Positions 19,401 to 27,212 of a DNA stretch of 64,000 bases are shown one piece after another (position 1 is the first letter of the stretch; each line of letters begins with the position of its first letter). The translations under genes and the position numbers were made by a program. This DNA comes from a candidate division WWE3 bacterium (GTDB lineage: Bacteria > Patescibacteriota > WWE3 > JAPLWK01), in NCBI GenBank assembly GCA_026396615.1, contig JAPLWK010000008.1, forward strand, positions 75,817-139,816, written 5' to 3'. The notes beneath the pieces were generated by a model, which ran no database searches, was not told the origin of the DNA, and saw only the letters and a list, made by a program, of their open reading frames with translations.

Positions 19401-19852
19401 CCGTCGAAAGCGGTAACGACGCTCTAATCTCCGCCAACGGGACCGCCCCCGTCTGCGTTACTTCTGTTTGTAGTGCTCGCGGCTGGTTTCAAATCACTAG
19501 CGGCTATCAAAATGTGGATTGTAGTGAGTGCAGCGCTTGGTGCTGTGATTACAATAATGACAGCATTAAAGAAGCGGTGTGCTTAGAATCTAGAAGCGCT
19601 TTTGATCCCCCCGGAAATTTTGACCTCTGCAACCCAGCCCAGTCCGCCATCGCCGCTGCTAAAGTTTTAAAGGCTAAGATGGGTGTCGATGGTACACACG
19701 TGTGGACGATCGATGATGCCTGTGTAGCTGCTGCTCGCTACTTTGGAGCGGATAGCTCAGCCTGTGAAACCAGTGGTGGTTATTATCCGCGCCTTGCTAA
19801 CTGTACTTATGGCGGATTTGTAAAAAAGTTTGTGAATATTACCGGACTTTAG
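16445..19852 (+). CDS. giant secreted Cys-rich protein (1135 aa) with C-terminal lytic transglycosylase (SLT, VirB1-like) domain
   Basis: Signal peptide. Three tandem G-x-G-T-N-x-C-x5-6-C modules lie at aa about 620-690. A Pro-rich linker (PPPDTPPLPGPVVPG) follows. The C-terminal LTAILTVESGNDA...GWFQITSGYQ matches the SLT catalytic E-S motif and the GLMQ-type motif. Confidence 0.55.
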   Translation: MPKRVSIILEFSLLLIAIIILKPTPAFAAAPDPVACFTNEDPTFGGVTRGNSTSFNVLLNMKITDFYCAAPNWPVASVLEGNDATHMDVGTNCPAANDPAVLAKIVAQLKSQIENVSLIPGAMTNPSVLSQANFQGDTTWTLLRPPSDITPNKVNNITGQTALNTVGTSKIYYAACTNVPEVGPVWFSMAKDVPAPQGKVLPSYRKEAAASFYLQNYLTQVPGDDPIIKELKKETPVFNDNTTSDLLPFPKLSFQLASRKIAESDYLIYWKLCAKKGPVDTVKKNISCQLSNFITDIEHTDVSGAKSLVAEIPNDAWGKNTGDDFTCFTTGDFDTHPLKVTATPGSSYPLSVKLIGTPIDENVCQNNAQLDSAVYLDPNNQLAYSGYSTTPHVAFCNGVNSTVVNNTSQSVCIGGDCHVTAIAKFFNDASAKISAVFDNWIHQLTPTTTWGDVNPDSAASCQKTAEDICNGPKGQGASDNLIITQSTDFNWIQVDPAAKPVDKIIKVFVTNNSKRDATLNVYSQVLVTSERSLPVTITTSNAAGSQNSPQIAVYGNTIYWNGLIVPANGVTTELDYHVSVTAINSGTISATSGVSGDIYKTVTFYSDTNFACQKVAGVGTNSCDPKNNDADCSAKHLACNNGTGICELVNGAGTNTCLTNSQCKDDKRHLDCVGNACVAVQGTGVDNCNRLASCNTTTHTGCSLDSANPTCASFTYVGPNKPTNNCSISGNSGCDGANSSSFHMECSSVGKPEPRDVSQPESTSTQSGLITVSSTNASDDENLCVKIAKIVCYITTMPSLMSGYSYTQPLEVKVYPYPEASYTQGIDTQAASPKDGLFNLFYAPGQDNKIAALSEKDVDAKAGLNTNINGNSPATDASIKGSQQTLSPLKYLQKNALCPPGQEATCPDMPQTVNEAMPTDGSIPPPDTPPLPGPVVPGANVGFSVPACTGGNDVAISQRSTYTQNILAQAAAAEGVPVSLLTAILTVESGNDALISANGTAPVCVTSVCSARGWFQITSGYQNVDCSECSAWCCDYNNDSIKEAVCLESRSAFDPPGNFDLCNPAQSAIAAAKVLKAKMGVDGTHVWTIDDACVAAARYFGADSSACETSGGYYPRLANCTYGGFVKKFVNITGL

Positions 19853-19885
19853 GCAGTTAGGGCGCTACTATGCTAAAATAACCTC

Positions 19886-21397
19886 GTGAAACCAGCCACA
19901 ACTACCGCCAAAATAATAGCCCTTATCACCCTTACCGCCTTTATCACCCTTATTAACACCACCCCTACAAATGCGGAGACGATAAGCTGCGGTGAAGTGG
20001 TGCCTACCACTGGTGCTGGGGCCGCTAAAAGCCCTTCCCAATATTTTGAAGTTTCAGTACCGGCCAGCTTTGGTATGTCTGAAGAAGATATTAGAAAGTC
20101 AGCCGAAGAAAAGTTAACCCGAGAAATTACCGTGGCTCAAGATAAATACTCAACTCCCAAAGCCGCCAGTCTCTCCCAAAAATATGAAGACATGCGCTTT
20201 GTGTTGCAGCCGCCAATGAATCCCACCGTCAACAGCTCTGCGCAAGGCATGAGTAAGGCCACGGAATATATAACCGCCTGCGAAGAAGGCACTACTAATT
20301 GGTTTTATATTGAGAGCCAGGGCATTGAAGGGCAAATTAGTAAGGATTTCACCCTGGCCGATAAGGCCACACAGCCCCTCAATGATTATTTAATTCATCT
20401 ACCGCTGTCGCCAACCAGAGTTGAAGAAGTAAATTCCAGCCAAGGGGCCGCCGCTCACTATTTTTTGGACCAACCCGACAGCGGAATTCCCAAGATGTCA
20501 CTGATTCTGCGACCAAGGATCGAAGACACTGATAGTTATAACGTTTATTGGGATCTGTGCGTGACACCTCCCAACCCCTACGACGCGAGTAATAGGGTCA
20601 GTTGCCCTTTTGAAGAGTTTGTGACCGAATTATCGACGAGTACCGGTGACACGCAGTCGATCGTTCCTGGAGCCTATACCAGCTTTGACGGCTCGATCGT
20701 TAACTGGGGAAATAGCCAAAGTGCCATGTGTGTAAGTTCCGAGACGCTAAAACTATCACCCTTTAAAGTTGCTAAAGGCCAAGGAGTGAGCGTGACGGCT
20801 AAGATTTTCGGTCGGCCGAGTGAAGCCAAAAGAGATACTTGCGTTGATAACGCCGCCGAAGTAACAGCCAACGCCTTTGCCTCGATTGATGGTGTGACCA
20901 AAAGTGAACATAGTCAAGCAGCCACCAAAGTGATGTGCCCCGGCGTCTATACCCCGGCCGGCCGGATTTTTAAACCGGAAGACCACTGCATTGCTGGTGT
21001 TTGTAAAATCGACCCGGCTATTCACACTGTTCAATCAATTACCGGAAACCTATGGGCCTGGCTTCAAAGTGCCCTTAGTAACTGCAACTCCGTCGCCGAG
21101 TGTATTGCCAAAATCCTCGTCCAAGACACTCGTAAATACTATGTTTATTTTTATAACGCTGGGGGCAATTACGGAGCCATCAATAGCAGTGCTACCAATA
21201 CCGGCGTTCAGTCCGGTTTTAATCAGTTATTTCGCCCACCTCAAGATGAATTTTCCAGTATCTTTGCCGAGGAACCAGCCGGCGATAACAACCACTTAAG
21301 CCACAACACGCCAATTAAGTCGGACTACACCAAAGTGCAGACGTATTTAACCCCACCGGGACAAAGTTTCCTCACAGATAAATCAGAAATGCGTTAA
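19886..21397 (+). CDS. secreted protein, paralog of the N-terminal domain of the 16445 protein
   Basis: Signal peptide. The shared motifs YNVYWDLCVTPPNP...VSCPFEEFVTE match LIYWKLCAKKGP...ISCQLSNFITD, and SLILRPR matches TLLRPPS. Confidence 0.45.
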   Translation: MKPATTTAKIIALITLTAFITLINTTPTNAETISCGEVVPTTGAGAAKSPSQYFEVSVPASFGMSEEDIRKSAEEKLTREITVAQDKYSTPKAASLSQKYEDMRFVLQPPMNPTVNSSAQGMSKATEYITACEEGTTNWFYIESQGIEGQISKDFTLADKATQPLNDYLIHLPLSPTRVEEVNSSQGAAAHYFLDQPDSGIPKMSLILRPRIEDTDSYNVYWDLCVTPPNPYDASNRVSCPFEEFVTELSTSTGDTQSIVPGAYTSFDGSIVNWGNSQSAMCVSSETLKLSPFKVAKGQGVSVTAKIFGRPSEAKRDTCVDNAAEVTANAFASIDGVTKSEHSQAATKVMCPGVYTPAGRIFKPEDHCIAGVCKIDPAIHTVQSITGNLWAWLQSALSNCNSVAECIAKILVQDTRKYYVYFYNAGGNYGAINSSATNTGVQSGFNQLFRPPQDEFSSIFAEEPAGDNNHLSHNTPIKSDYTKVQTYLTPPGQSFLTDKSEMR

Positions 21398-21403
21398 TCG
21401 TTG

Positions 21404-21425
21404 AGGACGAGGCATGCCTCGTCCC
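21404..21425. terminator. GC hairpin with GCATGC apex (GGACGAGG-CATG-CCTCGTCC) between convergent genes
   Basis: 8-bp perfect stem. The 26-nt string TTGAGGACGAGGCATGCCTCGTCC is repeated identically at 49700. Confidence 0.4.
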
Positions 21426-21497
21426 TACACTTATCGTCAGGAGGCCTCCTTTAGATTTGTAGGGACGACCCATGGGTCGTCCTCGATGATTCCGCTT

Positions 21498-22508
21498 TTA
21501 TTGCAACGCCTTGACGAAATATACAGCCGTCGTCGACCGCCCATCCGCCAACGTCACCGTCCCACTAAACGCATATACCGGTTCCAAATACGTACCTCCC
21601 TTACGAGTTTCCAGATACTCAAGTTTAACGTCAGTGAAACTGGCGGCATTAATTCCCGCCACCATCGCCAAACTATCTCCTACAATTCCCAAAGTCGCGA
21701 GAGTCGCCCGTCCAGCCTTTAAGTCTTCCAAAGCCGTTTCGATCGTCTTTAAAGGATAAACCCCAAAACTACCGTCACCATTTTGCAGCAAATGATAGTA
21801 AAACTTACCGGAAATTAGACCGTCATTTTGCCAACCAAAAGTTATCAGGGTTTCGTCACCAGGCAAACTGGTTACCGGCACATTATTAACGATTCGCAGC
21901 ACATTAAAATCGCCGGTTGGCGTATTTAAAGGCTGGTCGAAACTTAAATCAGGATAATTTAAATCCAGTGATTTTAATAGATTCTGCAGCACTTCGGTCT
22001 TTGAAGAAGCCTCCCCGCCAAATGACGCGATATCGCGAGGCTGCGCCAAGTTAAAAATAAAGCCATCGCTTACGGAATCGTAAAATAGATAATTGCCTTT
22101 TTCCTGCCACGTCTGACCCCCAAAAGTCGGTTTTGACTTAACCGTAAAACCTAATTTGACCGCCAATTTGTCTAGGGTGGACGGGGTTAAAACAGCTGTT
22201 TGCCCAAAGCGATAGACTCGAGCGGTCGCTGGAAACTTTAAAGTCGCTGTATCAATAAAGCTCTGCATGGCTGAAGGAGTGGCTCCCGGAATCGGGCTCG
22301 GTGGTAAAGAAATGACCGGCAGCGAGCCGAAAGTTTGGCTAACAGGCTCGCTAGGCACGGTAGTTGAAGTTGCCGGGGTCGTTGGTGCCGAGCTGCGCGA
22401 GGCCAACAAAAAGATGATTAAACCAATCCCGACAGCGCTAATAATGGCAATGGCCAGGATTTTATTATTCGCATAAAACTCTTTAAAAGCGGCAATATAT
22501 TTATCCAT
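21498..22508 (-). CDS. bitopic membrane protein (N-terminal TM anchor, Pro/Thr-rich linker, extracytoplasmic domain)
   Basis: TM ILAIAIISAVGIGLIIFLLA. Its start codon abuts the stop of the upstream 1178-aa gene. A VirB8/PrgL-like role is pure speculation. Confidence 0.35.
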   Translation of the reverse strand: MDKYIAAFKEFYANNKILAIAIISAVGIGLIIFLLASRSSAPTTPATSTTVPSEPVSQTFGSLPVISLPPSPIPGATPSAMQSFIDTATLKFPATARVYRFGQTAVLTPSTLDKLAVKLGFTVKSKPTFGGQTWQEKGNYLFYDSVSDGFIFNLAQPRDIASFGGEASSKTEVLQNLLKSLDLNYPDLSFDQPLNTPTGDFNVLRIVNNVPVTSLPGDETLITFGWQNDGLISGKFYYHLLQNGDGSFGVYPLKTIETALEDLKAGRATLATLGIVGDSLAMVAGINAASFTDVKLEYLETRKGGTYLEPVYAFSGTVTLADGRSTTAVYFVKALQ

Positions 22509-25500
22509 TAAGAACCTCCACTACAAACCGCAGCCGTCGAATTAACATAAGTTTCCGGGCAGACGCGGCTACCACTCGGATCAAAGATTTCATAATGTAA
22601 ATGGTACCCCGTGGAATAACCGGTTGATCCGGTTTTACCAACAATGCCGCCAATTCCCACATGCCAACAAGAACCCGTTGGCTTTCCGGGCATATAGCCG
22701 CTACCGGAATCACCGGCAATCGGTTGAAGGTGGGCGTAACGAGTGCGGTAACCGCCATCACCGGTAATATCAATATACACACCGTAAGGTAAATTGTTAT
22801 TGTTTTCGGTGGAAACGGCGTAACGACAAGCATTTCCCGCGATTAAAGCGTGGATCTCTGTGCCATCGCCGTAAGGTAAGTCGACGGCCAGCAACCCCTC
22901 ACTACCCTGATGCCAGGAACAGCCAAAAGTGACAGAGGCTGCCCCATCAGGCAAGCCACATGGCGCTATTTCCGCCGGCGTCCCCACTTTTATAACGGCG
23001 GTGGCGCTGTTACTCACACTCGCCCCCGAAATTGTGCCGGTGGCCGTCACCGTAGCAACAATAAAACGACTAGTGGTCGTGTACACTGTCATATTACAAG
23101 TATAGGTGATGCTGGCTCCTGCGGCCAGAGTCCCGGACCCAAAAGAAATATTCCCGCCGGATTCGGTGCCACTGGGCGTACAGGAACCGTAGCTAACGCC
23201 ATGGCCTGGTTGATAATTGTAATTAACGTTTAAACCGATAAGTTCGCTGCTACTGATATTAGTCACCTTTATGGTGTAAACAACAGCGGGACTGGAGTTT
23301 AAAGTTATAATTGGGCGGTCCACCGACATCTCTACTTTTAGATTAGGTGACGCCGCCCCCGCATCCGCCCCGCCGTGAGCGTTAAAATTCGCCCCGCCAA
23401 TTACCCCCATCGCGCCAAAAAGTAGTAGTGGGAATAGACATCCCACCGCGCAACAACCACAACTAACCACTTTTATATTTTCCCCGGAACTCATGAAGCC
23501 GTAATCGGTAAATACGGTCATTTTAAAAGGTCGCCAATAAAAAGCTGCCGCTTTTGACACCGGCCCCTTAATCGCACTCCAAATCTTCCCTAAAAGTTTT
23601 TGGCCAATCCACGCCAAAACAGCGGTGATAATTGGACCTAAAACAGGAAGGGCATTAGATAACGCTTCGATTCCGCCTAATATAGCCCCCAAAACTGCTT
23701 TTAAAGCCACTTTAAGTGCACCTTTAAGACCTAGCTTAAGTGCCATTTTGGCCCCAGAAGAAATAAGTCTTGTCTTTAACAGTAAAGCCCAAGCCTTAGG
23801 ATCCGCCGCAGCTGATTTTACCCAGCCACCTCTAAAAAAATTGATGGGACCCTTCAGCCACGGAACTCTTTTAAAGAGCGCCTCGAAGGCCACGCTTTGA
23901 AGATGATCTAAATTTTTACCGACTGAAGATACGGCCCCAATATATTTCTTAGCCAATCCATGAGAATCGATATCTTCCCAAAATTTAGCGAATTTGGTTA
24001 AATCAGAAACGCTGCCAGTAGCATCAATAATACCGTGGCTAGTTAGAAATGCCTTAATTTGCGGGTTTTTAGCTAAAAAGGTAGCTAATTCCCCCGCTGT
24101 AAGACCGGCCACATCACGAGTCATCCCAGGAGCTTGACTAACAGACCGACCAATAACAGCCTGAAGAACATCAATACTCCCTGGAGCCCCTGAAAGAATT
24201 CCATTGATTTCTGCGGCACTTACTAATGGAAGATTAGTAGAAGGATCAATTATAGAGGCTGCTTTCTGTAAGAAGTTAACTACTTTCCAATCGGTGTCAG
24301 CAAAACCTAAAGCGCTACTTACTTTACCGGCAGTTAGCTTAATTGTTCTCTTAGCGACATCTTTATATTCTTTTTTGACGGGATCCCAGGTAGAGGCTCC
24401 GAAAGCGTCGAATTTATCAATTACATGTATGTATCCAAAATTCTCGGTGTCAATTAAACCAAATGATAACCTATTTACAACATTCGCTAATTTGGGATGA
24501 TCCGCAACTGCTTTAGTTAATTTGTAGAATGGCTGCCAACCGGTTATATCTGTGTCATCAAATCCATTTAGCAACCCGAATGTTTTTACCTTCTTCATTG
24601 CAAAACTAACGTAGTCTGCTGGGCTTAAGTACTTGGCGTATTGGGAAATGCCAGGAATATATTTGGCGACCCTGGTACCCCAAACAAAAAACTTAAAAAA
24701 AGATTTTGAATCAACTGCTTCTAAAAAGTCTGTCGCGGTACTTTGAGTTTCACGATAATTAACTAACTTCACCCAAGTCACCATCCGAGTTGCTTCAGTT
24801 GCAGACAAGCCTAGATCAGTCAAATATTGCGTACCACCCTTCAACACATCCTTCCACGTTTGATCAACATTTTTATACATCTCCTGATACTCTTTCTCTT
24901 TTTCCCAGAATTTATCTCTCGCCGCTTTAAGGTCAGGGTTGGTCATACTGGCCGCGGCGGCCGCCCCAATAACCAGTGGTTGGGGTACAAACGGAACCGC
25001 TAGGACACCTAACCCAGCAGTCGCGGGACTCATGCTACTTAGCCCTTTATTAAACCTATCTTGTATTTTCCCTTTGGTACTTATGTCAAATCTTAAGTTG
25101 TCCCACTTTCTTCCTTGAATATCCCCACTAAAAGGATGAAAAACACCACCGGAATCGGTATAACCGGTTTGTACTACACCGCTTGTGTCTGTATAAGAAT
25201 ACGTAACCGTCTGAGTTGGTGGAGCCACAGCAAAAGGATCTACTTTATCCGCTACCTCTATTGCTGACCCTTGAAGATTCTGCCAACGCAATGCAGCCGC
25301 TTGAACAGCCGGATTAGGAGAGGCTAACATGCTGGTTAAATTAGCCGCATTTATTTGGGCGTTAATAGAATCCAATAAATCAACTTGAAGATCTTGGTAA
25401 TTCTTTAAACGGCTAGGGCGACTACCGCGAGTTATTCCCCATTTCTGAATATCGTTAGCCACTTTCTTGTACATGTCGGTTCCGTTAACTATTACAGAAG

Positions 25501-26044
25501 CTGAAGAGCTGATAGCCCCAGTAACAGGATCTTCTACAACTAAACCTTTACCACCGATACCGTGATTCTCACCTTTAACTAAAGGCTGCCAAAAATACTC
25601 CAGCTCTGCAACTGCTTCTAGATCTTCCGTGTTAACTACTGCTTTCCACCAATTATCTGCAGTTTTTTCTAAAACTTTCTCAGGGTCATCTAACCAATCT
25701 TTTAAATTTAGGGAGAGTGGGGTGCCCGCAGCTCCTGGGAGGTCCCTGAGTTCTTGTTTAGTAGTTTCTACATCAATATCCTTCTCACGATCACCTTCAG
25801 GGTTATAGCGAGCGCTCAAGAAGCGGTTTATATCTGCACCTAAATTTTTATAAACTTTAGCCGGATAAGTACCAATATTTAAATCGTCTATAAAAGCGTC
25901 AAAATCGCCCTCGTCTAAAAGTCCACCCCCGTACTCATAAGGCTCCCATTCTTTTACGTAGCCTCGAGCAATCGGTTTTCTACCTTTTGGGGGAACTTTT
26001 TTAAAACTCCGGCCTGGGCCTCGCTTCTTTTTGGGTGGTGGCAT
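22508..26044 (-). CDS. giant protein (1178 aa). It has a highly basic N-terminus, a long alpha-helical region with a Gly/Ala/Lys-rich amphipathic segment and a TM, a DUF11/CARDB-like beta domain, and a C-terminal peptidase M23 (LytM) domain
   Basis: The C-terminal TGYSTGYHLHYEI and HALIAGNACRYA...YGVYIDI match the M23 HxxxD / HLH metal-binding motifs. The N-terminus is MPPPKKKRGPGRSFKKVPPKGRKP. A tape-measure-like AL-K-rich stretch lies at aa about 720-800. Confidence 0.55.
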   Translation of the reverse strand: MPPPKKKRGPGRSFKKVPPKGRKPIARGYVKEWEPYEYGGGLLDEGDFDAFIDDLNIGTYPAKVYKNLGADINRFLSARYNPEGDREKDIDVETTKQELRDLPGAAGTPLSLNLKDWLDDPEKVLEKTADNWWKAVVNTEDLEAVAELEYFWQPLVKGENHGIGGKGLVVEDPVTGAISSSASVIVNGTDMYKKVANDIQKWGITRGSRPSRLKNYQDLQVDLLDSINAQINAANLTSMLASPNPAVQAAALRWQNLQGSAIEVADKVDPFAVAPPTQTVTYSYTDTSGVVQTGYTDSGGVFHPFSGDIQGRKWDNLRFDISTKGKIQDRFNKGLSSMSPATAGLGVLAVPFVPQPLVIGAAAAASMTNPDLKAARDKFWEKEKEYQEMYKNVDQTWKDVLKGGTQYLTDLGLSATEATRMVTWVKLVNYRETQSTATDFLEAVDSKSFFKFFVWGTRVAKYIPGISQYAKYLSPADYVSFAMKKVKTFGLLNGFDDTDITGWQPFYKLTKAVADHPKLANVVNRLSFGLIDTENFGYIHVIDKFDAFGASTWDPVKKEYKDVAKRTIKLTAGKVSSALGFADTDWKVVNFLQKAASIIDPSTNLPLVSAAEINGILSGAPGSIDVLQAVIGRSVSQAPGMTRDVAGLTAGELATFLAKNPQIKAFLTSHGIIDATGSVSDLTKFAKFWEDIDSHGLAKKYIGAVSSVGKNLDHLQSVAFEALFKRVPWLKGPINFFRGGWVKSAAADPKAWALLLKTRLISSGAKMALKLGLKGALKVALKAVLGAILGGIEALSNALPVLGPIITAVLAWIGQKLLGKIWSAIKGPVSKAAAFYWRPFKMTVFTDYGFMSSGENIKVVSCGCCAVGCLFPLLLFGAMGVIGGANFNAHGGADAGAASPNLKVEMSVDRPIITLNSSPAVVYTIKVTNISSSELIGLNVNYNYQPGHGVSYGSCTPSGTESGGNISFGSGTLAAGASITYTCNMTVYTTTSRFIVATVTATGTISGASVSNSATAVIKVGTPAEIAPCGLPDGAASVTFGCSWHQGSEGLLAVDLPYGDGTEIHALIAGNACRYAVSTENNNNLPYGVYIDITGDGGYRTRYAHLQPIAGDSGSGYMPGKPTGSCWHVGIGGIVGKTGSTGYSTGYHLHYEIFDPSGSRVCPETYVNSTAAVCSGGS

Positions 26045-26090
26045 ATGTGAGTAGTTTAGTGTAAATAGAGCAAATTGTCACCGATCATCC

Positions 26091-26122
26091 GTCATTCTGA
26101 ACTTGATTCAGAATCCAGTAAC
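26091..26122 (+). repeat. hairpin repeat, compensatory variant (GTCATTCTGAACTTGATTCAGAATCCAGTAAC)
   Basis: Both stem arms changed (CCGGG to CTGAA, CCCGG to TTCAG) while keeping perfect 8-bp pairing and the CTTGA loop. Confidence 0.75.
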
Positions 26123-26233
26123 AGTAAATGAATTTGAAATTCTAAATTTGAAATTTGAAATTGTAAATTATCTACAGAGGAACTTTGAGGCTTTGTAAAT
26201 CTTTATCTAAGGCGTTTAGATCGGCGTCTGGCG

Positions 26234-26974
26234 TCAATCTTTGGCTAGCGATAAACACCACACTTGCCCGCAACCGGCTTCTTTTAAAGCTTTCGCGGCG
26301 GAAAGGAAAGTGGCCCCGGTCGTACAGACATCGTCAATCAGAAGAATGTCCTTGTCGACTAGTTTTGACGTGACCTGCGACCGGACTTTAAAAGCCCCGC
26401 TAACATTTTGGTGACGTTCTTCCCTCTTCAATCTGGTTTGGGTTTTAGTATTCTTGATCCGCAATAGGGATTTGACGTCTAAAGTTAAACCAAAGTATGT
26501 AACGAGAGAGCGGGCAATTAGTTCCGAAACATTAAAACCACGGATCATCCGCCGTCGCCAATGTAAAGGAATCGGGATAACGATGGTTTCAGGACCGAAT
26601 GACACTCCTTTATCGACTAATTCCGACCAGGCGATTGGCAGTAATTCCTGAAGAGAATTAAAGGCGTATGGCGAATATTTGGCCTTTTGGAGGATTTTCG
26701 AAAACGGCCGTTTGTAAGTATAAATCGACAGGAATTTTTCCGGTGTAAATTGCGTCGCGCATTGACGATGCGTGTGACCTTTTACTGAGGCCTTGTCGCA
26801 TTTTAAACATACGTTATCACTGCAGAATTTAAGATCACGCTGGCAATCGCCGCAAACAAACTGACCCCTCTTCCCGCAACCGCCACAACGAATTGGAAAT
26901 AATAAATCTCCAATAACTTTCAAGAAGTTATCCACAGTGGTTGTTGTGCTTGTCATTACTGCTTTTAGCGACAT
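26234..26974 (-). CDS. comFC: ComF family protein (ComFC; phosphoribosyltransferase domain with N-terminal double zinc ribbon)
   Basis: N-terminal CGGCGK...CGDCQ...CLKCDK and C-terminal LLIDDVCTTGATFLSAAKALKEAG (the PRTase motif). Confidence 0.75.
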   Translation of the reverse strand: MSLKAVMTSTTTTVDNFLKVIGDLLFPIRCGGCGKRGQFVCGDCQRDLKFCSDNVCLKCDKASVKGHTHRQCATQFTPEKFLSIYTYKRPFSKILQKAKYSPYAFNSLQELLPIAWSELVDKGVSFGPETIVIPIPLHWRRRMIRGFNVSELIARSLVTYFGLTLDVKSLLRIKNTKTQTRLKREERHQNVSGAFKVRSQVTSKLVDKDILLIDDVCTTGATFLSAAKALKEAGCGQVWCLSLAKD

Positions 26975-27212
26975 ATATGGCTTGTAGTTGTTTGCTCGCT
27001 AGGCTCGTAGTTTACGTGCAGAATTCTAATTTTCAATTTGCAATTCGAAATATACGCTCGCTCGGCTCGCTACCAATTATCGTGACGATAATTGTTGAAA
27101 ATGCTTAAAAATTGAATTCAACAATTTGCCACAAATTGGTAGTGAACAAAGTGAACGTTTATTTTAAATTGTAAATTTCAAAAGTATAATCTAAACCAGG
27201 AGGTGATTTTAA

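Noticed and set aside
13970-21397. Diversity-generating retroelement targeting the Cys-rich proteins
   Set aside because: No reverse transcriptase ORF and no template/variable repeat pair with adenine-specific mismatches could be found in the window.
22501-22833. 110-aa ORF on minus strand in another frame
   Set aside because: Entirely nested within the C-terminal M23 domain coding region of the 1178-aa gene.
16445-26044. Prophage interpretation of the giant SLT- and M23-tailed proteins (tape-measure-like)
   Set aside because: No integrase, terminase, portal, capsid or tail-tube-like ORFs are in the window. The flanking genes are pilin-like and comFC. The hypothesis was kept only as a structural analogy.
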